This document shows positions 39,998 to 47,782 of a DNA stretch of 64,000 nt, piece by piece. The notes beneath the pieces were generated by a model. That model did not search any database. It worked only from the letters and a program-made list of their open reading frames with translations, and was not told the DNA's origin. A program made the position numbers and the translations under genes. Origin of the DNA: a virus; the IMG/VR virus record IMGVR_UViG_3300042397_002774, positions 96,927 through 160,926 of that record, one strand, 5' to 3'. Positions within the stretch are counted from its first letter, which is position 1. The number at the start of each line of letters is the position of its first letter.

Positions 39998-40579
39998 TTA
40001 CGATTGGGTTATTGCTTTTACCTTCTCAATATATTCCTGGAACTCTTTAACTAATTCGCTATTATTCCCACCAGACCATTGTTCCATTTCACCATTCTCA
40101 GTAACAATTTGTTCTGGGTGTACATCATTAATTAAATCTTGTAATATTTGTTCAAGATCACCAATAAATCCTTTAGCGTTACGTTGAACCATGTCTTGAA
40201 CATATGCTTCGTATTGACCATCTAAACGTAATTTAGTTTCTCTTGTAATAACACAATCAAAGCATTCTTTATGTATTGCATACATTTTAGTATCCAATAC
40301 TTTTTTCTTCATTGCTTTACCGCACTTAGGACATGTAAGAGGAATTTGAAGGGCTTTCTTAACTAAATCTAATTTGGATATGGTCATCTTGATACCATTT
40401 TTAATGGTCCAATTTTTCCCATTTTCTTCCCAAATATCGCCTTCTTTACGATCAATATTTTCTTTAGTATAACCTACTTGAGTTGAGATCTTATCTCCGT
40501 ATTTTTTATTTACTATATTTCTTACTCTCTGTACATCTTTTTCTCGAAACTCTTTTTTCAAAACACTTTCATTCATCAT
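39998..40579 (-). CDS. Zinc-finger hypothetical protein
   Basis: CPKC...CFDC. Confidence 0.7.
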   Translation of the reverse strand: MMNESVLKKEFREKDVQRVRNIVNKKYGDKISTQVGYTKENIDRKEGDIWEENGKNWTIKNGIKMTISKLDLVKKALQIPLTCPKCGKAMKKKVLDTKMYAIHKECFDCVITRETKLRLDGQYEAYVQDMVQRNAKGFIGDLEQILQDLINDVHPEQIVTENGEMEQWSGGNNSELVKEFQEYIEKVKAITQS

Positions 40580-41964
40580 AAACCTAATTCTTTTAATTGT
40601 TGAATTGTATCAGCAGCTGAAGTATGTAATACACCTACACCACCTGCATCCTTCCATCTTTGAATATTATCTGCTCTATCATCAATCAATATTGATTTAG
40701 GAGACGCATAAAATTGTTTATACTCTGCTGATTTAAGAAGTAATACTGTACCTGGGAGATTTTGTTCTACCCATTTTTGTTTTCCTGTTCTTGAAGATTC
40801 TTGTCTTGAAGGAGCTGAAAGTAATTTAGGAGAATATGGTTTAATGTAATTCCATAGTTCTTGACCATCTTCCATCCACTCCATTTCAGTCCAAAATGAT
40901 TCACCAGCATCAGTTATTGGTTGCCAAAAATCAGCATCACCCTTAACATGATTTCCTCTAATATTTTTGCCTGTTAGTTTTTCATAAGCACCTTCAAAGT
41001 CAACAATAACACCATCCATATCGCAATAGATTCTGTATTGTGGTGATTGTGCTTCGAATATCATAGGATTAATTTGTGCAAATTTTCTCATTATTTGCCC
41101 TGCTTTAGAATTTGCTTCGTTTTCAGTATCAGAACCTGTAGTTCCGTCTAAAGGTTGACCTTTTTGTTTTTGTGATAAGTGTACCAATTCATGAGAAACA
41201 GTTCGGCAAATATCAGCCATATTACGGTTACCCGTATAAATCCAAATCTTGTCGTCTTGTGGACTATATAACCCCATTGACCTCATTTCTCTCGCTTTCT
41301 CCGTATCCCTACTTATCACGATTTTTCCCCCTCCCCCCTCAATACCCAATTCACGTAGGGTAAATCTAATGAACTCCTTTAATAAAGACAAGTTTTCTTG
41401 GCCTTCTTTTAACTCTTCTTTTTCCGTGTCGCCCATTGTATAACCAGCAGCATCCATGAATTGCTTCACATCAATACCATCTGGTAAAAATTTTTTGATT
41501 AGGTCTTCTTTTTTAGATTTAATTGCTATTCTAAAATTAGTAGCACTTATATTATCAAATGTTCCTGCATTAAATAATTCAGCATTTCTATATTTTTCAT
41601 TTGAAAGAATAGAATTAAAACGAGTAAATTCATCTTTACCAAATGCTGCTACAATTTTAGCTTCTGGATTTGATGTAATTATGTCATAGGTTTCTCTAAC
41701 AGGATTTTCATCTACAACTAAAAAATTAACATTTCCTGGCAGTAAGGTTTTATATAATTCCCACACTCTATAACTTTCATCAGCTGTAATTCCTTCACGA
41801 GTTTTAGGAGAGATAAAGACTTGAACTTCATCACACATATCTGATAAGCGTTTAACAACATTAAAATGACCTTTATGTGGTGGTTTAAATGCACCTGGGA
41901 ATACACCAATAACGTATTGTTTTTCCTCTAATAATTGTTTTGCTATGTGTTGTCCTAAATTCAT
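40576..41964 (-). CDS. Three-domain fusion: HxGH nucleotidyltransferase + HExxH domain + HAD 5'(3')-nucleotidase-like
   Basis: 'FPGAFKPPHKGH...ISATNFR'; 'RTVSHELVH...ENEAN'; 'IYCDMDGVIVDF...LIDDRADNI'. Confidence 0.85.
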   Translation of the reverse strand: MNLGQHIAKQLLEEKQYVIGVFPGAFKPPHKGHFNVVKRLSDMCDEVQVFISPKTREGITADESYRVWELYKTLLPGNVNFLVVDENPVRETYDIITSNPEAKIVAAFGKDEFTRFNSILSNEKYRNAELFNAGTFDNISATNFRIAIKSKKEDLIKKFLPDGIDVKQFMDAAGYTMGDTEKEELKEGQENLSLLKEFIRFTLRELGIEGGGGKIVISRDTEKAREMRSMGLYSPQDDKIWIYTGNRNMADICRTVSHELVHLSQKQKGQPLDGTTGSDTENEANSKAGQIMRKFAQINPMIFEAQSPQYRIYCDMDGVIVDFEGAYEKLTGKNIRGNHVKGDADFWQPITDAGESFWTEMEWMEDGQELWNYIKPYSPKLLSAPSRQESSRTGKQKWVEQNLPGTVLLLKSAEYKQFYASPKSILIDDRADNIQRWKDAGGVGVLHTSAADTIQQLKELGL

Positions 41965-42800
41965 TACTGCACAAATGATTTTACTTTAGATATAATTTCT
42001 GATTCAGATAAAACGGATTCTTTAATTTTTTTATCAATATTAATGAATTCGCGTTCTAGCTGCTCTACTTGTTTTTTATAGTTTTCTCTTGATTTTTCTG
42101 ACGCTTTATCCTTTTTAGCCTGCTCATCAGGTGATAAAGGTTCATCTTGAGTTTTACGAAAAGTTGATATAAACTGTTCTGGATTTGTTTGAGTTAATTG
42201 TTCTAACCAATCAAATAATTTACCTTGTTGAACGGCTTGATTAAACCCATTAATTTCTTTTTGATACTCTTGATCAGGAGCTTGATATAATACAAAATTA
42301 TCTCCTAATTTATTTTTATAAGTATCTATATTTCCATAAACATTATTCCATGTTTGGATAACACCAACTTTAGGTACTCTACGTTCACGTTTGAAATTCC
42401 TTAAAAATGATACAATTGGGTGAGCATACACCATAATCATTAATGTATCATAATTAGACGCAGTGTTTAATAAACCTGGTACTTCTTTTCTTTTATATAG
42501 ACCACCGATTAATTTAGCGGCATTAGATGCGGTAGTATCCCAAATAAACGCCTTACCTGATGAAAGTGCATTAGGTACGTCAACATCATCTACTTGAGCA
42601 GAAGCCGCTGTAAGATTGTTGAACATTTCACTTGATTTATCTTCAATGTACTTATCTGGGTTGATTATTTCAAACCCAGGTGTTACACCTTTAATTTTAT
42701 TTATTAAAGTAGACTTCCCAGCTCCGGCGCCTCCCGCCATGATTATCATTTTATTTTGAGGCATTGCTGCTTCCATTAATAAGTCAATTAATCTGATCAT
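41964..42800 (-). CDS. P-loop kinase (zeta-toxin/AAA_33-like)
   Basis: MIRLIDLLME tag; 'MAGGAGAGKS', 'INPD', 'IWDTT', 'RNFKRERRVP'. Confidence 0.75.
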   Translation of the reverse strand: MIRLIDLLMEAAMPQNKMIIMAGGAGAGKSTLINKIKGVTPGFEIINPDKYIEDKSSEMFNNLTAASAQVDDVDVPNALSSGKAFIWDTTASNAAKLIGGLYKRKEVPGLLNTASNYDTLMIMVYAHPIVSFLRNFKRERRVPKVGVIQTWNNVYGNIDTYKNKLGDNFVLYQAPDQEYQKEINGFNQAVQQGKLFDWLEQLTQTNPEQFISTFRKTQDEPLSPDEQAKKDKASEKSRENYKKQVEQLEREFINIDKKIKESVLSESEIISKVKSFVQ

Positions 42801-42861
42801 ATATTAAATGTAAATAGGTGACCTGGATAAACCAAGCCACCTATAAATATTAATTTGTTAA

Positions 42862-43602
42862 TTACTTATGTAAAGTTACAGTACCATTATTATCAATCAA
42901 TATAGCACTCATATTTTCAACCCAATCACCACTATTCAAATAACGTTTACCATTAATTATTCTATCCTCAGGTTGATGGATATGTCCACAAATAACACCA
43001 TTACATCCTTTTTTATGAGCCATGGATAGTGCTGTGGTTTCAAAATCATTAATATAATTAGTAGCAGCTTTAACACCACCCTTAATCTTTTGTGATATAG
43101 ATTGATAAGGTAATTTTCTCCATTTACGGTAATTGTTATATACTCTATTTAACCATAATGCAAAATCATATCCAACAGCACCTATTTTAGCTAACCATTT
43201 GTATTTTGTTATAAAAACATCCACAACATCTCCGTGAAAAATATAATAATTTTCATTCCTATATACATCATTTTCAACCCAAACTTTTGTATTGAATACA
43301 TAATCTTCTCTAATTTCAATGCCGCCGAAGTGCATTCCAATAAATTCTTGTATAAATTCGTCATGATTTCCTCTAATCCAGATTATCTGGGTTTTATTAG
43401 ATAATTTTAATAGTTTTGAAATAACTTTAGTATGGTGTTTTTTCCATTTAGAACCTCTGTTTATTGCCCACCCATCTACTATATCACCATTAAGGATTAA
43501 TAAAGGTGTTGGGTGTTTATCTAAAAATTCGATAAATTCCTCTGCTTTAGAATCTTTAGTTCCTAGATGTAAATCCGATACTATAATTGCTTGATATTTC
43601 AT
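42862..43602 (-). CDS. Metallophosphoesterase of the PlcP/LpxH2 type
   Basis: SDLHLG, GDIVDGW, GNHDE, HGD, KWLAKIG, ICGHIH, NSGDWVE. Confidence 0.85.
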   Translation of the reverse strand: MKYQAIIVSDLHLGTKDSKAEEFIEFLDKHPTPLLILNGDIVDGWAINRGSKWKKHHTKVISKLLKLSNKTQIIWIRGNHDEFIQEFIGMHFGGIEIREDYVFNTKVWVENDVYRNENYYIFHGDVVDVFITKYKWLAKIGAVGYDFALWLNRVYNNYRKWRKLPYQSISQKIKGGVKAATNYINDFETTALSMAHKKGCNGVICGHIHQPEDRIINGKRYLNSGDWVENMSAILIDNNGTVTLHK

Positions 43603-44303
43603 TTCCAGTAGTTATGGTGGTGTTTAAAAAATTCAGGGTTATTTCTGTTTAAATAACTTTTTATCATAATCCAAAACATATAACTAACTCCCTTATTTTT
43701 AAACCTTCGTGCTGATGTAAATATTCCGTTTGATTTATGAATCCAAAATTTATTAGATTTTACTTTAGATGATAGTGAATAATCTTCTGCAAATAATTCA
43801 TCTTCTTTATATCCGCCTAACTCCCAATATTTTTTAGTATTCCAATATTGAAACCCACCAACAGCAAATGGTGTTCCTAATTTTATACTTAATAGTTGAA
43901 ATAAATCAAATAATCTAAAAACCCAATTCCACCCCTTTTCAGTTTGGAAGGGTACTGTTAGTAAATCTCCTTCAAAATCAGATATAACGTCTAAAACTGT
44001 TTTATCAAGCAACATTATATCAGCATCTATAAATAAAATATAGGGGGTATCAACTAATTTCGAGCCTTCAAGACGCGCTTTAGATGGATACCCCCCTTTA
44101 ATTATTTCTATATTAAGAGAATGCTTATAATCAATTTGTGCTCTATATAACCATTCTAATGATTCTTTATCATCAGAATTATCCGCAATTATTACTTTAG
44201 TTCCTGCAATGTTTTTTTGCTTGCATATAAATCCTAAACAATCGTATATATTAATACTTTCGTTTTTGCAAGGAATTACAATAGTAAATTGATTATTATT
44301 CAC
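43599..44303 (-). CDS. Glycosyltransferase family 2
   Basis: 'IVIPCKNE', 'LFIDAD', 'GGY.E...AEDY', 'TSARRF'; GTG start. Confidence 0.9.
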   Translation of the reverse strand: MNNNQFTIVIPCKNESINIYDCLGFICKQKNIAGTKVIIADNSDDKESLEWLYRAQIDYKHSLNIEIIKGGYPSKARLEGSKLVDTPYILFIDADIMLLDKTVLDVISDFEGDLLTVPFQTEKGWNWVFRLFDLFQLLSIKLGTPFAVGGFQYWNTKKYWELGGYKEDELFAEDYSLSSKVKSNKFWIHKSNGIFTSARRFKNKGVSYMFWIMIKSYLNRNNPEFFKHHHNYWK

Positions 44304-44317
44304 ATAAATAAATATTT

Positions 44318-45100
44318 CTAAGAAATTTTAACTGATGTTGGTAATAATTCAGTCATAGGTTTAGAATTTGGGTTTTCTAATTTGTATATTTCTTGAATAT
44401 TTTTAAACATTTTAAAGTTAGATTCAATATCACTTACAACTTTTAATTCCCAACCTTTACCTTGAATTTTATCACCTTTACCTTCACCACGTGTATTTGC
44501 TTTAACCCACAAAATACCTGTATGAGTTACTTTTTCATTATGAGTTTCATTCCAAGCTTGAGCATAAGCGGCTAATTGTAAATCATATGACGTATGTAAA
44601 CTGTTTGATGTCTTAAGATCTAGTAACCATATATTATCAAATAAACGAACAACTAAATCCGCAGTACCTGCATATTCATGTTCGTCTGAAAATAAATGGT
44701 ATTCTGTTGCAATTAATTCTGGCTTATGTGTGTTCCAAAAATCAGCAAATTTCAGAATCATTCTCCAAACATCTAAGTTATACTTAGCATTACCATATTC
44801 ATCAATCCAATTAATTTCTTCCCCATTCAAAAATGCTTCAACAGCATTATGTACTTGAGTTCCTTCACCAGCTGCTTTTTGAGCAATGATGTCACTGTTA
44901 TGTCCTACATCTTTTAACCAAGAATGAAAGAATTGATTCTTAGGAAAATAATTTAAAATACTAGACACTGAAGGATAGTATTTACCATCTCTTCTGTAGA
45001 ATCTTTGATCTAATACATTTACTTGTTTATTATCATTGCTGTATTCAACAATACGCTTGATCTTTGGATCTTTGATAATATTTACATTTTTTTCAATCAT
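44318..45100 (-). CDS. PD-(D/E)XK exonuclease
   Basis: 'YPSVSSIL', 'GTQVH', 'YAGTADLV', 'LDLKTS', 'QLAAY'. Confidence 0.88.
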   Translation of the reverse strand: MIEKNVNIIKDPKIKRIVEYSNDNKQVNVLDQRFYRRDGKYYPSVSSILNYFPKNQFFHSWLKDVGHNSDIIAQKAAGEGTQVHNAVEAFLNGEEINWIDEYGNAKYNLDVWRMILKFADFWNTHKPELIATEYHLFSDEHEYAGTADLVVRLFDNIWLLDLKTSNSLHTSYDLQLAAYAQAWNETHNEKVTHTGILWVKANTRGEGKGDKIQGKGWELKVVSDIESNFKMFKNIQEIYKLENPNSKPMTELLPTSVKIS

Positions 45101-46065
45101 ATTAATTGTAGTTTTTTCTTAAGTAAACTCTGAAGATTCAGAGGTTCTGTTTGCTCAAGAGTAGTTAGAAATGAATCAAATCCAATTTCATTTGCATCTT
45201 TACCATCTAATTCAACCATATAAACTTCCTTACCATACGACATTAATTTTTCAGCGTGTTTTAAGGCGTCTTTTTTGGCATCATTATCTAATGCAATGTA
45301 AATTCTATCAACATTTGATTTTACTATTTTTTCCATTAACTTGTTATGTAATACTTTTCCAAGCAATGGAATGCAATTGCGTTTAATTGTAATTGCATCA
45401 AACATACCTTCACATAGTATGATTGGTGCATTCCAATTTATATATAACTCTAAACCTATAATTTCTTTAGAAGCTACAGGTGGATTTTTGTATTTACGAT
45501 CTGAATCTTTATAAGCGCGAGCTACAAAATAATTCAACATACCATTAGCATCATAAGAAGGAATAATAACTCGTCCAGCATATGGTCCTTCTTTACAGAA
45601 ACCAATATTATATTTAATCATATCATCTATAGTAATACCTCTCTTAGTCAAAAATCTGAATGCATGTTTTGCTTCGATTTGTGCTACTCTGTCAAGACCT
45701 TTATCGGTCATTATATGAGGTGTTGGGTTGCTTACTGATATGAATTCTGCGGGTAAAACGATTGCTTCATTAGAAACATCGTTTGTATTGAAAGCAGTAG
45801 GCTGAATGAGTAAACTTAAGTCTTTAAATTTATCTGGAGTTGCTTGAGCTTGTTTGAATAAAGCACGTATGGTTTTACCCTTCGCATCACAAACCCAACA
45901 ATGCCAAAAATTTTCTTTTTTAGCAGTAGTACGTAAACTAACTTCTAATTTGTTTTTGTGGTGTGAACAGAATGGGCATTTAAAAGCATAATTGCCCTTA
46001 CTTGTGACTTGCCCTTTGCCTAGTACTGATTCGACTAGAACTAATAATGCTGCATTTTCAACCAT
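45097..46065 (-). CDS. DNA primase (Zn finger + TOPRIM)
   Basis: CPFC...HCWVC; 'RVIIP', 'KYKNP', 'LCEGMFDA', 'ALDND', 'KDANE'. Confidence 0.92.
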   Translation of the reverse strand: MVENAALLVLVESVLGKGQVTSKGNYAFKCPFCSHHKNKLEVSLRTTAKKENFWHCWVCDAKGKTIRALFKQAQATPDKFKDLSLLIQPTAFNTNDVSNEAIVLPAEFISVSNPTPHIMTDKGLDRVAQIEAKHAFRFLTKRGITIDDMIKYNIGFCKEGPYAGRVIIPSYDANGMLNYFVARAYKDSDRKYKNPPVASKEIIGLELYINWNAPIILCEGMFDAITIKRNCIPLLGKVLHNKLMEKIVKSNVDRIYIALDNDAKKDALKHAEKLMSYGKEVYMVELDGKDANEIGFDSFLTTLEQTEPLNLQSLLKKKLQLI

Positions 46066-46085
46066 ATAAGCATGAATATACGATC

Positions 46086-46541
46086 TTATTCTGCCTCAAA
46101 CAAGTCTTTGCGGAAAAATTTACCTAAAATATTATCATTTAAATAACGATCATCTTCCAACACATTGTGTTGAAATAGGTATTTTGTTTCCCAATATGTT
46201 AATTGTTTACTTGTTTTGCACAATTTATACACATATCGCTTTAGATTTTCTTTTGGTAATTTCTTTACTTCAAGAGAAGAACCATAGTAAGTCTTCCAGT
46301 CACTTTCTGATATAACTAGTTTTTTGCTTGGTTTTTTACCACGAGCCACAGGTAATGTTGCTAATTCTTTCTTACCTAATTTTTTGTTTTGTTTATGAAA
46401 GAATGCTTTTTTACCAATATATTGTTTACCTGTTGTTGTATCTAAAGTACAATAAACATATCCATAATATTCAGAGGGATCAAAATTAGGATCATTGATT
46501 AGATCCTCAACCTGTGTAACAGGTTCCATAACTTGTACCAT
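46086..46541 (-). CDS. GIY-YIG family nuclease
   Basis: 'YYGYVY...GKQYIGKK...YYGSS...YLNDNI'. Confidence 0.75.
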   Translation of the reverse strand: MVQVMEPVTQVEDLINDPNFDPSEYYGYVYCTLDTTTGKQYIGKKAFFHKQNKKLGKKELATLPVARGKKPSKKLVISESDWKTYYGSSLEVKKLPKENLKRYVYKLCKTSKQLTYWETKYLFQHNVLEDDRYLNDNILGKFFRKDLFEAE

Positions 46542-46555
46542 AACTATATTTTATT

Positions 46556-46864
46556 TTATGTGTCGTATTTCACCAAAAACGTCATATCAGTTTCTGATGA
46601 AATAGGAATTGGTTTTCCAAATTTAGCAACCATTAAAAGTTCATTTTGTTCATTATATAAACCTAATGTTGTAACATATGGTCTAAAATCAGAACCTGTT
46701 GTAAAACCAGCCAACGATGATGATACGTTAGTTCTATCAGATAGCAAAGTAGGATTGTAAGATAAATTATATTCACTTTCCTCAACAGTACATTTTACAA
46801 AATTTTCATAAATTGTATGTTCATTTCTAAAATTAATATTAAACGATCCTGTATAAACTGCCAT
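46556..46864 (-). CDS. Virion protein, detached C-terminal module
   Basis: 'PYVTTLGLYNEQNELLMVAKFGKP' is homologous to the C-terminus of 51229..52185. Confidence 0.75.
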   Translation of the reverse strand: MAVYTGSFNINFRNEHTIYENFVKCTVEESEYNLSYNPTLLSDRTNVSSSLAGFTTGSDFRPYVTTLGLYNEQNELLMVAKFGKPIPISSETDMTFLVKYDT

Positions 46865-46875
46865 AATTATTTAAT

Positions 46876-47760
46876 TTATATACAACCATCAGATAAATCA
46901 CCATAAAATAATATTGAGTTTCTTACTTGTAGTGGATTAGGTAGTTGGAATACATTTGTTTCTAATGTTGAATCATTTGGACCAGAACAATAAACATTAC
47001 CATTTAATGGACCCGGACTAAAATCAGTTGTTTCAACTAAAACATATGCATTCATTCTTGGAACCCCACCGGTATTAGCTACAAGTATTTTATAATAATA
47101 CCCTGGCGTTCCATTAAATGATTGGGTTGCTAATTCACCATTTGTAGATGTACTTAATTGTACTGATGGAGTGAAAGTAATGTTGTCAGCTGATTGTAAA
47201 ACTGTTAAGTTACCTGAAGCTCCAACTCTACCATATAATTTAACATCAATAGTATAATAAGTAGAACCTGTTGGTGGGGGTGTTACGGTACAGCTACCAT
47301 TTGTAATTATAGTACCTGCATTATATCCATCTACATTTCCTGTTCCTACTTTATACCAATTACTACCAGAAGCATAATATGCATCAGGAGCTAATTCTAA
47401 ACTTGAAGATAAATACATACGAGACCCAGTATATAAGGTTACATTAGAAGTTTCATCTAACATAACACCTGTAGGGTCTATATTAATAGTTGCTGTATCT
47501 AAATAAAATTGATTACAATTTCCACTCTCACAAGCACTGCTAGAAGTAGAACCAGAACAAAAAGTAAAAGGACCATATAAACAATCTCTCCATTTACCAT
47601 TAGCTAAACTACTGGTTAGGCGTTGTTCATAAAAGAAATTAGTTCCACAAAAACTCTCAGTTGGGATGGTAAGAGAATGACTATACCCTACAGCTGAGCT
47701 GTTATCTGTAAAGTATTGTGTTACCTTTGTATAAATCTTATTTCCTGATCTTCTTATCAT
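46876..47760 (-). CDS. Cys/Ser/Thr-rich putative virion protein
   Basis: 294 aa; own ATATTTAT motif at 47765-47773. Confidence 0.65.
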   Translation of the reverse strand: MIRRSGNKIYTKVTQYFTDNSSAVGYSHSLTIPTESFCGTNFFYEQRLTSSLANGKWRDCLYGPFTFCSGSTSSSACESGNCNQFYLDTATINIDPTGVMLDETSNVTLYTGSRMYLSSSLELAPDAYYASGSNWYKVGTGNVDGYNAGTIITNGSCTVTPPPTGSTYYTIDVKLYGRVGASGNLTVLQSADNITFTPSVQLSTSTNGELATQSFNGTPGYYYKILVANTGGVPRMNAYVLVETTDFSPGPLNGNVYCSGPNDSTLETNVFQLPNPLQVRNSILFYGDLSDGCI

Positions 47761-47782
47761 TAATTATAAATATTTATTTTGT

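Noticed and set aside
44318-45100. Cas4 / CRISPR-associated call for the exonuclease
   Set aside because: Lacks the four Fe-S cysteines and sits next to primase, which fits a replication/recombination nuclease.
46086-46541. GIY-YIG ORF as a mobile homing element
   Set aside because: Short, no evident DNA-binding extension, not inside an intron; mobility cannot be supported.
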